Part shown: positions 41,475 through 52,023 of the stretch, one piece after another
Layout of the letters: each line of letters starts with the position of its first letter
How positions within the stretch are numbered: the stretch's first letter is position 1
NCBI RefSeq assembly: GCF_013122565.1
Contig: NZ_CP053258.1
Reading direction: 5' to 3' (one strand)
Source: Escherichia coli
GTDB lineage: Bacteria; Pseudomonadota; Gammaproteobacteria; Enterobacterales; Enterobacteriaceae
DNA: 64,000 nucleotides
Made by a program: the position numbers and the translations under genes
Notes under the pieces: model-generated
Database searches by the model: none
What the model was told of the DNA's origin: nothing
What the model saw: the letters and a program-made list of their open reading frames with translations, nothing else

Positions 41475-41508
41475 GCCGGATAAGATGCGGTCAAGCGTCG
41501 AATCCGGC
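41475..41508. repeat. REP-like palindromic element
   Basis: GCCGGATAAG…AATCCGGC palindrome between nupX and yeiI. Confidence 0.5.
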
Positions 41509-41515
41509 AACATTG

Positions 41516-42604
41516 TTACACCATTGGCACTAATGAAAGCGCGTTATCGGCAGACAGGGTAGGGTTGTTTAAGCTGCCGCTGGCGCGTGAAATTGCCGCG
41601 CAGGCCATCGCAAAACGGGCGCTGTCACGGAAATTGTTTCCCTCCAGAAAGCTATATACCAGGCCCGCCATAAAACCATCGTCAGCACCAAAACTGTCTA
41701 CTGTCGTATGCGCTGGTGCGGTCAGCAAAAATTGTTCTCCATCCTTTTCGCTGCAATAAACTGACTCATCGGGCAAATAAACAAACAGTTGCTGAACACC
41801 TTGCTGATGCAACGCATTCACTGCGGCATTACGGTCAACATCGCTGGTGATCGCCTGTCCCCATAAAATTTCCAGCTCCGGTAAAGTGGGTTTCAGGGTA
41901 TGAATATGCGCCAGCCAGTGTTTGATTTTGCCCGCTTTGAATTCTGAAACGGTATCGACAAACACCGGGATCTCATCAGCGAGGGTAAAGACCCATTCCA
42001 GCGCCTCGGCTGTCAGGTTGCAATCAGCCAGTACCACGCCCGCATGACGAAGTAAATCGCGCGACCCGTTCAGTAGTTGCGGTGTCAACTGTTCCAGCAG
42101 ATGGGTATCGTTAATCGCCAGCACGGTTTGATCGTCTCGATTGGCAATTGCCAGATACGTCGATGTGCTTTGACCATGCAAACGAACGCAGCCGGAGACA
42201 TTCACGCCGGCACGGCGCGTTTCTTCCAGGAGCATTTCGCCATAAAAGTCATCGCCAATCACTGAAAGCAAATGGACGTCGCGGCCTAACAGCGCCAGAT
42301 TGTGGGCGATATTGCGTCCAACGCCGCCCGCCGAGCAATGAATTGTACCGGGATGAGAAGCCGCTTGCGGGTAACGGATATCCGCCATCCCGCGAATATC
42401 CATATTGATTGTCCCCACCACTACGCAGTATTCCTGCTCGGTGAGAATGTAACCTTTGCCTTTAATCCGGCCTTTGCGCATTAAATCCATAATATGCGCC
42501 GCAACGCGCGAACGACTGATTTGCAGCATGTCCGCAATTTCGTTCTGCTGAATCAGCGGGTTACGCCGTAAAATTGCAAGGATCTCCTTTTCCCGGTTAT
42601 TCAT
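41516..42604 (-). CDS. yeiI: PfkB-family sugar/nucleoside kinase with N-terminal HTH domain (YeiI)
   Basis: 362-aa ORF; N-terminal winged-helix (…QNEIADMLQISRSRVAAHI…) fused to a ribokinase-like domain; paralog of psuK. Confidence 0.85.
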   Translation of the reverse strand: MNNREKEILAILRRNPLIQQNEIADMLQISRSRVAAHIMDLMRKGRIKGKGYILTEQEYCVVVGTINMDIRGMADIRYPQAASHPGTIHCSAGGVGRNIAHNLALLGRDVHLLSVIGDDFYGEMLLEETRRAGVNVSGCVRLHGQSTSTYLAIANRDDQTVLAINDTHLLEQLTPQLLNGSRDLLRHAGVVLADCNLTAEALEWVFTLADEIPVFVDTVSEFKAGKIKHWLAHIHTLKPTLPELEILWGQAITSDVDRNAAVNALHQQGVQQLFVYLPDESVYCSEKDGEQFLLTAPAHTTVDSFGADDGFMAGLVYSFLEGNNFRDSARFAMACAAISRASGSLNNPTLSADNALSLVPMV

Positions 42605-42606
42605 CT

Positions 42607-43464
42607 TCAGGCTACCGCTTTTTCAGTTTGTTGCGCTTTCAGCCAGGCGATCTCTTCTGCCCAGATATCCGGGTTGATGGTTTCAAGGATCAGCGGAATG
42701 CCGTCGAAACGGTCATCCTGCATGATCCAGCGGAACGCATCATGACCGATATTGCCTTCACCGAGGCTATGATGGCGGTCAACGCGGCTGCCAAAGGTGC
42801 TTTTCGCATCGTTAAGGTGCATCCCGCGCAGATACTTAAAGCCGACAATACGGGCAAAATCAGCGAACGTTTTCTCGCATTCGGCTGGAGTACGCAAATC
42901 ATACCCGGCAGCGAAAGCATGGCAGGTATCAATGCAGACGCCGACACGGGATTTATCTTCCACGCCGTCGATAATTGCCGCGAGATGTTCGAATTTAAAC
43001 CCTAAGTTACTACCCTGACCGGCGGTGTTTTCAATCACCGCGGTCACACCTTGAGTTTTATCCAGCGCAATGTTGATGGATTCGGCAATACGCGCAAGGC
43101 AATCCTCTTCTGAAATCTGCATCAGATGGCTGCCAGGGTGGAAGTTGAGCAAAGAAAGCTCCAGCTGTTCGCAACGCTGCATTTCATCTATAAAGGCATC
43201 GCGCGATTTTTCCAGAGCTTCAGTGACCGGATGTCCGAGGTTAATCAGATAGCTGTCGTGGGGAAGAATTTGCGCCGATGTGTAGTGATATTTTTCACAG
43301 GCGGCTTTGAATTCATCGATGGTTTGCGTCGTGAGCGGTGCGGCACGCCACTGACGTTGGTTTTTGGTGAACAAGGCAAACGCGGTTGCGTCGATTTCGG
43401 CGGCGCGAATTGCGGCATTTGCCAGACCGCCAGCAGCACTAACGTGCGCTCCAATGTATTTCAT
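42607..43464 (-). CDS. nfo: Endonuclease IV (AP endonuclease)
   Basis: 285-aa [42 protein letters not shown]…; TIM-barrel AP endonuclease family 2. Confidence 0.9.
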   Translation of the reverse strand: MKYIGAHVSAAGGLANAAIRAAEIDATAFALFTKNQRQWRAAPLTTQTIDEFKAACEKYHYTSAQILPHDSYLINLGHPVTEALEKSRDAFIDEMQRCEQLELSLLNFHPGSHLMQISEEDCLARIAESINIALDKTQGVTAVIENTAGQGSNLGFKFEHLAAIIDGVEDKSRVGVCIDTCHAFAAGYDLRTPAECEKTFADFARIVGFKYLRGMHLNDAKSTFGSRVDRHHSLGEGNIGHDAFRWIMQDDRFDGIPLILETINPDIWAEEIAWLKAQQTEKAVA

Positions 43465-43537
43465 GCGAGGACTCCTGTTAAACCCGCTGGAGGAAAACGG
43501 TAATGATAGCGGGTTAACAGGAGCAAGATGTAGTGGT

Positions 43538-44587
43538 TTATGCGATGACGCTTTGAATCACATAGTTAATCGCACCACCACCAACAATCAGCCAGGCAAA
43601 CAGTACCAGTGCCATCAGCAGAGGTTTCGCCCCGGCTTTTTTCAGCGCGCTGACGTGAGTGGTCAGACCCAGCGCCGCCATCGCCATTGCCAGCAGGAAG
43701 GTATCCAGCGTTACCAGCATGTTCACCACGCTCTGCGGTAACAGGTGGAACGAGTTAAAGATGGCAACTACGATGAACAAGATGGCAAACCACGGAATAG
43801 TGATTTTGCTTTTCTCGCCGCTGTTCGCCCCAGACAGCTGTTTAACACGCGCCGCCAGCAGGATGAGGAACGGAGCCAGCATCATCACGCGCAGCATTTT
43901 GGAAATAACTGCTGCGTTTTCCGCATCCGGGCTGATGGCATGACCTGCCGCCACCACCTGCGCCACTTCGTGCACAGTAGAACCAATGTAGATACCGAAA
44001 GTTTCCGGACTAAACCATTGAGACATCAGCGGATATATCGCCGGGTAGAGGAAAATCGCGACGGTCCCGAAGATAACAACGGTTGCAACAGCCACGGTTA
44101 CTTTACTGGCTTCCGCTTTCACTACCGGCTCAGTCGCCAGTACCGCGGCAGCACCACAGATACTGCTACCGGCACCGATCAACCAGCTGGTGTGCTTATC
44201 CAGACCAAACACTTTCTGTCCCAGGAAGCAAGCCAGCAGGAAGGTACTGGACAGCGTCAACACGTCAATGATGATCCCACTGATACCGACATCGGCAATT
44301 TGCGAGAACGTCAGACGGAAGCCATAAAGAATGATACCCAGACGTAATAAATATTGCTTGGCAAACAGCACACCACCGTCACAGCTTTTCCAGATGTGCG
44401 GATAGATGGTGTTGCCTAAAACCATCCCCAACAAAATTGCGAGGGTGAGGGCACTAAACCCGGCACCCGCAACCGCGGGAATGGAACCACCCCACAGGGC
44501 GACCCCGGTGATAACTGCACTCAGGGCTAACCCCGGAATAAAATGCCACAGTGTACGATGTTGTTTCTGTAAGGTGATATTCGTCAT
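43538..44587 (-). CDS. yeiH: UPF0324 inner-membrane protein YeiH
   Basis: 349-aa polytopic membrane protein, divergent from the LysR gene yeiE. Confidence 0.85.
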   Translation of the reverse strand: MTNITLQKQHRTLWHFIPGLALSAVITGVALWGGSIPAVAGAGFSALTLAILLGMVLGNTIYPHIWKSCDGGVLFAKQYLLRLGIILYGFRLTFSQIADVGISGIIIDVLTLSSTFLLACFLGQKVFGLDKHTSWLIGAGSSICGAAAVLATEPVVKAEASKVTVAVATVVIFGTVAIFLYPAIYPLMSQWFSPETFGIYIGSTVHEVAQVVAAGHAISPDAENAAVISKMLRVMMLAPFLILLAARVKQLSGANSGEKSKITIPWFAILFIVVAIFNSFHLLPQSVVNMLVTLDTFLLAMAMAALGLTTHVSALKKAGAKPLLMALVLFAWLIVGGGAINYVIQSVIA

Positions 44588-44685
44588 AACCCTCTCCTTT
44601 ATCCGGGCATAAGGTTACGACTAACTGGTTTAAAAATAAAATTGATTATATATTTATAATCAATCTTTATAAGTGGTAAGCGACT

Positions 44686-45567
44686 ATGCACATCACCCTC
44701 CGGCAGTTGGAAGTTTTTGCAGAAGTATTGAAAAGTGGATCAACCACCCAGGCGTCGGTGATGCTGGCGTTGTCGCAATCAGCAGTGAGCGCAGCCTTGA
44801 CCGACCTGGAAGGGCAGCTTGGCGTTCAACTGTTTGATCGCGTGGGGAAAAGACTGGTTGTTAATGAACACGGGCGGCTGCTCTATCCGCGTGCGTTGGC
44901 ACTGCTTGAACAGGCGGTTGAAATCGAACAACTGTTTCGTGAAGACAACGGCGCGATTCGTATCTATGCCAGTAGTACCATCGGTAACTACATTCTGCCT
45001 GCAGTCATTGCCCGTTATCGCCATGATTATCCGCAGTTGCCGATTGAACTTAGCGTTGGGAACAGCCAGGACGTGATGCAAGCGGTACTGGATTTCCGCG
45101 TTGATATTGGCTTTATTGAAGGACCGTGCCACAGCACTGAAATCATTTCTGAACCGTGGCTGGAAGACGAGCTGGTGGTTTTCGCCGCGCCGACTTCGCC
45201 GTTGGCCCGTGGTCCGGTCACCTTAGAACAGCTGGCCGCTGCGCCGTGGATCCTGCGTGAACGCGGTTCCGGCACGCGAGAGATTGTCGATTATCTGTTG
45301 CTGTCACATTTACCGAAGTTTGAGATGGCGATGGAATTAGGTAACTCCGAGGCAATCAAACATGCGGTGCGTCATGGGTTGGGAATTAGTTGCCTGTCGC
45401 GACGGGTGATTGAAGATCAATTGCAGGCAGGCACATTAAGTGAAGTTGCGGTCCCTCTGCCGCGCCTGATGCGTACGTTGTGGCGTATACATCATCGGCA
45501 AAAACACCTTTCCAACGCGCTACGGCGCTTCCTGGACTATTGCGATCCCGCGAATGTCCCGCGTTAA
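44686..45567 (+). CDS. yeiE: LysR-family transcriptional regulator YeiE
   Basis: 293-aa ORF; N-terminal HTH ([24 protein letters not shown]…) and LysR substrate-binding domain. Confidence 0.85.
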
Positions 45568-45771
45568 GTTGCTGTACAAGAACATGCTGGTGCTGTGTCG
45601 ATTTCGTGACGCAGCGCCCTCAGCATGCATTCGCCAGAAAAGAGATTGGCTGCTTTACTTATAATCCCTGGGCGATCATGAAGGTGTCTTATAACCGTGC
45701 ATTTCTGCCGGAAGGATTGCCAATCGTCTGCTACAATCGCGCCTCATTTTTAAGATGGATAGCATTTTTGT

Positions 45772-47241
45772 ATGGTTTCCGAAACTAAAACCACAGAAGC
45801 GCCGGGCTTACGCCGTGAATTAAAGGCGCGTCACCTGACGATGATTGCCATTGGCGGTTCCATCGGTACAGGTCTTTTTGTTGCCTCTGGCGCAACGATT
45901 TCTCAGGCAGGTCCGGGCGGGGCATTGCTCTCGTATATGCTGATTGGCCTGATGGTTTACTTCCTGATGACCAGTCTCGGTGAACTGGCTGCATATATGC
46001 CGGTTTCCGGTTCGTTTGCCACTTATGGTCAGAACTATGTTGAAGAAGGCTTTGGCTTCGCGCTGGGCTGGAACTACTGGTACAACTGGGCGGTGACTAT
46101 CGCCGTTGACCTGGTTGCAGCTCAGCTGGTCATGAGCTGGTGGTTCCCGGATACACCGGGCTGGATCTGGAGTGCGCTGTTCCTCGGCGTTATCTTCCTG
46201 CTGAACTACATCTCAGTTCGTGGCTTTGGTGAAGCGGAATACTGGTTCTCACTGATCAAAGTCACGACAGTTATTGTCTTTATCATCGTTGGCGTGCTGA
46301 TGATTATCGGTATCTTCAAAGGCGCGCAGCCTGCGGGCTGGAGCAACTGGACAATCGGCGAAGCGCCGTTTGCTGGTGGTTTTGCGGCGATGATCGGCGT
46401 AGCTATGATTGTCGGCTTCTCTTTCCAGGGAACCGAGCTGATCGGTATTGCTGCAGGCGAGTCCGAAGATCCGGCGAAAAACATTCCACGCGCGGTACGT
46501 CAGGTGTTCTGGCGAATCCTGTTGTTCTATGTGTTCGCGATCCTGATTATCAGCCTGATTATTCCGTACACCGATCCGAGCCTGCTGCGTAACGATGTTA
46601 AAGACATCAGCGTCAGTCCGTTCACCCTGGTGTTCCAGCACGCGGGTCTGCTCTCTGCGGCGGCGGTGATGAACGCAGTTATTCTGACGGCGGTGCTGTC
46701 AGCAGGTAACTCCGGTATGTATGCGTCTACTCGTATGCTGTACACCCTGGCGTGTGACGGTAAAGCGCCGCGCATTTTCGCTAAACTGTCGCGTGGTGGC
46801 GTGCCGCGTAATGCGCTGTATGCGACGACGGTGATTGCCGGTCTGTGCTTCCTGACCTCCATGTTTGGCAACCAGACGGTATACCTGTGGCTGCTGAACA
46901 CCTCCGGGATGACCGGTTTTATCGCCTGGCTGGGGATTGCCATTAGCCACTATCGCTTCCGTCGCGGTTACGTATTGCAGGGACACGACATTAACGATCT
47001 GCCGTACCGTTCAGGTTTCTTCCCATTGGGGCCGATCTTCGCATTCATTCTGTGTCTGATTATCACTTTGGGCCAGAACTACGAAGCGTTCCTGAAAGAT
47101 ACCATCGACTGGGGCGGCGTAGCGGCAACGTATATTGGTATCCCGCTGTTCCTGATTATTTGGTTCGGCTACAAGCTGATTAAAGGAACTCACTTCGTAC
47201 GTTACAGCGAAATGAAGTTCCCGCAGAACGATAAGAAATAA
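45772..47241 (+). CDS. lysP: Lysine-specific permease (APC family)
   Basis: 489-aa, 12-TM amino-acid permease (…IAIGGSIGTGLFVASG…). Confidence 0.9.
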   Translation: MVSETKTTEAPGLRRELKARHLTMIAIGGSIGTGLFVASGATISQAGPGGALLSYMLIGLMVYFLMTSLGELAAYMPVSGSFATYGQNYVEEGFGFALGWNYWYNWAVTIAVDLVAAQLVMSWWFPDTPGWIWSALFLGVIFLLNYISVRGFGEAEYWFSLIKVTTVIVFIIVGVLMIIGIFKGAQPAGWSNWTIGEAPFAGGFAAMIGVAMIVGFSFQGTELIGIAAGESEDPAKNIPRAVRQVFWRILLFYVFAILIISLIIPYTDPSLLRNDVKDISVSPFTLVFQHAGLLSAAAVMNAVILTAVLSAGNSGMYASTRMLYTLACDGKAPRIFAKLSRGGVPRNALYATTVIAGLCFLTSMFGNQTVYLWLLNTSGMTGFIAWLGIAISHYRFRRGYVLQGHDINDLPYRSGFFPLGPIFAFILCLIITLGQNYEAFLKDTIDWGGVAATYIGIPLFLIIWFGYKLIKGTHFVRYSEMKFPQNDKK

Positions 47242-47262
47242 GTTTCCTCCCTTCCTTGCTAA

Positions 47263-47288
47263 GCCCTCTCAACCGAGAGGGCTTTTTC
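47263..47288 (+). terminator. Intrinsic terminator downstream of lysP
   Basis: Hairpin gccctctc-aacc-gagagggc followed by ttttt. Confidence 0.7.
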
Positions 47289-47333
47289 AATTCCATTTCC
47301 CTGACAAATCATGCGGATATAAAATTTAACATT

Positions 47334-47365
47334 TGGATTGATAATTGTTATCGTTTGCATTATCG
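47334..47365. promoter_or_regulatory. Fur box(es) in the cirA promoter
   Basis: tggattGATAATtGTTATCgtttgCATTATCg resembles overlapping GATAAT/ATTATC hexamers of the Fur consensus, about 170 bp upstream of cirA. Confidence 0.55.
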
Positions 47366-47533
47366 TTACGCCGCAATCAAAAAAGGCTGACAAATCAGAG
47401 GCTGTTCCGGCTTTCTGGGATGATCACCTGCATACAAATAAGTCCACCGCGATGCTGCCGTACGCAAGGGGACGTGAAGAAGATGTGAGCGATAACCCAT
47501 TTTATTTTCGTAGTTACCTCATGGAGATATGGA

Positions 47534-49513
47534 ATGTTTAGGTTGAACCCTTTCGTACGGGTCGGGCTGTGTTTGTCCGCTATTTCTTGTGCATGGCCTG
47601 TGTTAGCGGTCGATGATGATGGCGAAACGATGGTTGTCACTGCATCTTCCGTTGAACAAAACCTTAAAGATGCACCTGCCAGTATCAGCGTCATTACCCA
47701 GGAAGACCTGCAGCGAAAACCGGTACAGAATCTGAAGGATGTCCTCAAAGAAGTGCCTGGCGTACAACTGACGAACGAAGGGGATAACCGTAAGGGCGTT
47801 AGTATTCGTGGTCTGGACAGCAGCTATACCCTGATTCTTGTCGACGGTAAACGCGTTAACTCCCGCAATGCCGTCTTCCGCCACAATGATTTCGATCTGA
47901 ACTGGATCCCGGTCGATTCCATCGAACGTATTGAAGTGGTTCGTGGCCCGATGTCGTCGCTGTACGGTTCCGATGCGCTCGGCGGTGTTGTGAATATCAT
48001 CACCAAAAAAATCGGTCAGAAATGGTCGGGTACCGTTACCGTCGATACCACCATTCAGGAACATCGCGATCGCGGTGATACCTATAACGGTCAGTTCTTT
48101 GCCAGCGGACCATTAATTGACGGTGTGCTGGGAATGAAAGCTTACGGCAGCCTGGCAAAACGTGAAAAGGATGATCCGCAAAACTCAACGACCACCGATA
48201 CTGGAGAAACGCCGCGTATTGAAGGATTCTCCAGCCGCGACGGCAATGTCGAATTTGCCTGGACACCGAATCAAAATCACGATTTTACTGCCGGATACGG
48301 TTTCGACCGTCAGGATCGTGATTCCGACTCGCTGGACAAAAACCGCCTGGAACGCCAGAACTACTCCGTCAGCCATAATGGGCGTTGGGATTACGGCACC
48401 AGCGAACTGAAATACTACGGTGAGAAAGTCGAGAACAAAAACCCTGGCAACAGCAGCCCGATAACTTCCGAAAGCAATACGGTCGACGGCAAATACACGT
48501 TGCCGCTGACGGCGATTAATCAGTTTCTCACAGTTGGCGGTGAATGGCGTCACGACAAACTTAGCGATGCGGTGAACCTGACCGGGGGAACCAGCTCCAA
48601 AACGTCTGCCAGCCAGTACGCGCTGTTTGTGGAAGATGAATGGCGGATCTTCGAGCCGCTGGCGCTGACGACCGGCGTACGTATGGACGATCATGAAACC
48701 TACGGTGAACACTGGAGTCCGCGTGCCTACCTGGTTTATAACGCCACCGACACCGTAACGGTGAAAGGGGGCTGGGCGACGGCATTTAAAGCGCCTTCTC
48801 TGTTGCAACTTAGCCCTGACTGGACGAGCAATTCCTGCCGTGGCGCATGTAAGATTGTGGGTAGCCCGGATCTGAAACCAGAAACCAGCGAAAGTTGGGA
48901 GCTGGGGCTTTACTATATGGGTGAAGAAGGCTGGCTGGAAGGGGTTGAATCCAGCGTTACCGTTTTCCGTAACGATGTGAAAGATCGCATCAGCATCAGC
49001 CGTACGTCTGACGTCAATGCTGCACCGGGCTACCAAAACTTTGTCGGTTTTACAGCGGGCGGTGTGCCGGTATTCAGCTACTACAACGTTAACAAAGCAC
49101 GTATTCAGGGCGTGGAAACCGAACTGAAAATTCCGTTCAACGATGAATGGAAACTGTCACTCAACTACACCTACAACGATGGTCGTGATGTCAGCAACGG
49201 CGAAAATAAACCGCTATCCGATCTGCCGTTCCATACTGCTAACGGTACGCTGGACTGGAAACCGCTGGCGCTGGAAGACTGGTCATTCTATGTTTCTGGT
49301 CACTATACCGGGCAGAAACGAGCCGACAGCGCGACGGCTAAAACACCGGGCGGTTATACCATCTGGAATACCGGCGCGGCCTGGCAGGTGACCAAAGATG
49401 TCAAACTGCGCGCAGGCGTGCTGAACCTTGGCGACAAGGATCTCAGTCGTGACGACTACAGCTATAACGAAGACGGACGTCGTTACTTTATGGCAGTGGA
49501 TTATCGCTTCTGA
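47534..49513 (+). CDS. cirA: TonB-dependent outer-membrane receptor CirA (catecholate siderophore/colicin Ia receptor)
   Basis: 659-aa ORF with signal peptide, TonB box (ETMVVTAS), plug and beta-barrel ending in the terminal aromatic residue (…AVDYRF). Confidence 0.9.
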   Translation: MFRLNPFVRVGLCLSAISCAWPVLAVDDDGETMVVTASSVEQNLKDAPASISVITQEDLQRKPVQNLKDVLKEVPGVQLTNEGDNRKGVSIRGLDSSYTLILVDGKRVNSRNAVFRHNDFDLNWIPVDSIERIEVVRGPMSSLYGSDALGGVVNIITKKIGQKWSGTVTVDTTIQEHRDRGDTYNGQFFASGPLIDGVLGMKAYGSLAKREKDDPQNSTTTDTGETPRIEGFSSRDGNVEFAWTPNQNHDFTAGYGFDRQDRDSDSLDKNRLERQNYSVSHNGRWDYGTSELKYYGEKVENKNPGNSSPITSESNTVDGKYTLPLTAINQFLTVGGEWRHDKLSDAVNLTGGTSSKTSASQYALFVEDEWRIFEPLALTTGVRMDDHETYGEHWSPRAYLVYNATDTVTVKGGWATAFKAPSLLQLSPDWTSNSCRGACKIVGSPDLKPETSESWELGLYYMGEEGWLEGVESSVTVFRNDVKDRISISRTSDVNAAPGYQNFVGFTAGGVPVFSYYNVNKARIQGVETELKIPFNDEWKLSLNYTYNDGRDVSNGENKPLSDLPFHTANGTLDWKPLALEDWSFYVSGHYTGQKRADSATAKTPGGYTIWNTGAAWQVTKDVKLRAGVLNLGDKDLSRDDYSYNEDGRRYFMAVDYRF

Positions 49514-49520
49514 TGAGAAG

Positions 49521-49547
49521 ATGCCCGGCGCGGATCCTGCCGGGCAT
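49521..49547. terminator. GC-rich hairpin downstream of cirA (terminator-like)
   Basis: Perfect 9-bp stem atgcccggc…gccgggcat directly after the cirA stop; no clear U-tract. Confidence 0.4.
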
Positions 49548-49571
49548 AATGCCAGAAATTCGGTTCTGGAT

Positions 49572-50894
49572 TTATAACCGATGAAATTTTGCCAGTAAGG
49601 CCAGTGAAAATGTTGTCAGCAAAATGGTAATGACGGCGTAAATATACACGCCTGACCATTCCCAACTGTTTTTCACCATAATAACTGGAAGCCCTGCCAT
49701 TGCCGCGCCTACATAACTAAATAAGCCCCTGAACCCAGTAATGGAACCTGCCGCATCTTTATGCGTAACATCAAGACATCCGACAGCGAATAACATATGT
49801 GGTCCATATAATGCAAACCCCATGATTGTAAAAAGAATAGCCGTTAATGTGTAGGAGACGTCCTGCACCAGCGGCACGAGAACGATGCAAATACATAAGG
49901 CGATGGCAAACATTAATCCGGTCATCCAGCGGTTACTTTTAAACATAAAATCGGACAAGTACCCCGCCAGTAATCCCCCTGCAAGTCCACCTGCTTCAAA
50001 CCAGGATATAATGGAGTTCGCTTTAATCAGGCTCCAGTTATGAACCTGAGAATAATAAATTTGTGGCCAGTCATTGAGGATGGTGCGTGCAATATAGACT
50101 GACATATCCCCGAGGATAATCAGCCAAACTAATGGGTTGGTAAGAATATATTTAATGAAAATTTGCCAAAAACTCAGATCTACCGGGCTTGCTTTAACTT
50201 GTGCAAGTTCTGTCGGGTCGTTGCGCCACTTACCTACGTTAGGCAAACCGAGTGTGCCAGGACGATCTTTAATCGTAAACAGGGCAACAACCCCCATAAT
50301 CAGCGATATTACACCCGGAACATAAAAGCCCATTTTCCAGCTGCCACTAAAAGCAATGGCAAAGCTTGTCAGGAGAGGCGCAAGACTACCGCCAATATTA
50401 TGCGCCGCTTCAACAACTGCCCACCAGCGCCCGCGTTCATTTTTAGAAAACCACGAGGCCATAATTTTTGCCATCGGCGGAAAACTGGTACCCTGAAGAA
50501 TAGCATTAAGGCTATACAGGATATAGAACGCAGCAACGCTGTCTGAAAAACCGAAAAGAATGTTAACAATACCGACGCCAATAAGTACGGGGCCGGTCAT
50601 TGCGCGTGGGTTAATTTTATCGACTAACATGCCCCCTACAAACTTCATGGAGCCATAAAGAATGTAAAAGACCGACGACATGATAGCGAAATCTTGTGCG
50701 GTTAATGACGTATCCGTCAACATCGCCGGCATGGCCGCAGAGAAATTCTTGCGGGTTAAATAAAATACGGCATAAGAGATAAATACAGAGGTGATGATTT
50801 CAATACGAAATTTTTTATAAGTATGATCAACTTCTTCTTTCGGTTTGACCACTGGTTGGTCGGCCTGGCTGAAAATAAATTTTTTCAAGCTCAT
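49572..50894 (-). CDS. MFS organophosphate:phosphate antiporter (GlpT/UhpT/PgtP family); accessory, substrate unknown (phosphoserine proposed)
   Basis: 440-aa, 12-TM ORF; N-terminal region (…YRRLRWQI… / YLVRKNFALAMP in GlpT versus …YKKFRIEI… / YLTRKNFSAAMP here) and overall architecture match the OPA family; AT-rich. Confidence 0.8.
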   Translation of the reverse strand: MSLKKFIFSQADQPVVKPKEEVDHTYKKFRIEIITSVFISYAVFYLTRKNFSAAMPAMLTDTSLTAQDFAIMSSVFYILYGSMKFVGGMLVDKINPRAMTGPVLIGVGIVNILFGFSDSVAAFYILYSLNAILQGTSFPPMAKIMASWFSKNERGRWWAVVEAAHNIGGSLAPLLTSFAIAFSGSWKMGFYVPGVISLIMGVVALFTIKDRPGTLGLPNVGKWRNDPTELAQVKASPVDLSFWQIFIKYILTNPLVWLIILGDMSVYIARTILNDWPQIYYSQVHNWSLIKANSIISWFEAGGLAGGLLAGYLSDFMFKSNRWMTGLMFAIALCICIVLVPLVQDVSYTLTAILFTIMGFALYGPHMLFAVGCLDVTHKDAAGSITGFRGLFSYVGAAMAGLPVIMVKNSWEWSGVYIYAVITILLTTFSLALLAKFHRL

Positions 50895-50926
50895 CGTGAG
50901 TTTCCTTTTCTGTGAACCTTATGGTG

Positions 50927-51814
50927 CTATAGTTTTTCTTCTATAAAAAAGAGAAGCGACTCGAAACCATTAAAATTAATCTGGTTAGTAACTTTTTCCC
51001 GGGTTTTAGGTTTTGCTTTCCATGCCACGCCATACCCGGCATGCAGAAGCATAGGAATATCATTAGCGCCATCTCCGCAGGCAATGATGTTTTCACGACA
51101 AATAGATAACTCTGTCGCCAAATTTATCAGGGTTTGCTTTTTCTTTTCTGCATTCATAATGGGAAAGGTAATTTTGTCAGTTAATAGATCTTCCTGAATG
51201 CGTACAGAGTTAGAAAATGCAAAATCAAGTTGATATTTTTCTTTTAATCTCTCAGTAAAAATATCTAAACCGCCGGATATAATTGCCGTCTTGAATCCTT
51301 TTTCTTTAAGAATGGGAAGAATAGTTTTAAGACCTGGTGAAAGGGTCATCTGTTCACAAACCTGATGCAATATATCTTTATGTGTTCCTTTAAGCATGCC
51401 AATTCGGCGGGTAAAACTGGTATCAAAATCGATTTTTCCTTCCATCGCTTCACGGGTCAGCGCGGTGATTTTTTCAGAGATCCCGAGTCTACGGGCTATT
51501 TCATCGACGCCTTCCTCTTCAACAAAGGTGGAATCCATATCAAAGGCAATAATTCCCTCAGCCGGTAAGTCCGTAGGTTTGCGGAAAAAATCAAAATGAT
51601 GATGATCAGCACGGTGACGTAAACCAGCATAAAAATCAGGATTGGTTACATCATCTGTTAATACTAGCTTTAGATACTCTTTATTTATTTGCTCACTGTA
51701 ATTCGTTGTTAACGAAAACACCGAGGATGAAACCTTTAAATGTTGCAAATAATGTTCCAGACATTTTTTGGTGATGTCGATGCCTGTTGGCGACAAGAAA
51801 TAAATAATCGTCAT
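50927..51814 (-). CDS. HAD-superfamily phosphoserine phosphatase paralog (SerB-like)
   Basis: 295-aa ORF with HAD motif I (FDMDST), motif III Lys and motif IV (GDGANDIPML); strongly resembles E. coli SerB (…DMDSTAI…, …GDGANDLPMI…AKPK…). Confidence 0.8.
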   Translation of the reverse strand: MTIIYFLSPTGIDITKKCLEHYLQHLKVSSSVFSLTTNYSEQINKEYLKLVLTDDVTNPDFYAGLRHRADHHHFDFFRKPTDLPAEGIIAFDMDSTFVEEEGVDEIARRLGISEKITALTREAMEGKIDFDTSFTRRIGMLKGTHKDILHQVCEQMTLSPGLKTILPILKEKGFKTAIISGGLDIFTERLKEKYQLDFAFSNSVRIQEDLLTDKITFPIMNAEKKKQTLINLATELSICRENIIACGDGANDIPMLLHAGYGVAWKAKPKTREKVTNQINFNGFESLLFFIEEKL

Positions 51815-52023
51815 TTACCGCTCCTTTTTATCTGCAATGATTATAATAAGGTTTCGTAGCGGCTGATGTATCTAACAATCACAGTTGTGAATGTTAAATA
51901 AAAGATAAAAAAGTGCTTTTTTTGATACCCTGAAATAATAAGATACTAAAAGTACCATTTTTGATACCTTTGCCAGGATATAACGAATAACGAGTTTCAA
52001 CGTTGAAGGAATCATTTACAAAA

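Noticed and set aside
43745-44347. 200-aa ORF antisense to yeiH
   Set aside because: Nested opposite a conserved membrane-protein gene; highly charged, Arg-rich, with no motif.
48185-49036. 283-aa antisense ORF inside cirA
   Set aside because: Entirely within the well-supported cirA frame on the opposite strand; Arg/Ala-rich composition is typical of antisense reading of GC-rich coding DNA.
52003-52023. TTG-initiated 7-codon N-terminal extension of the L-serine dehydratase paralog
   Set aside because: The AAGGA ribosome-binding site lies inside this extension and the alignment to SdaA begins at the following ATG (52024), which is the more plausible start.
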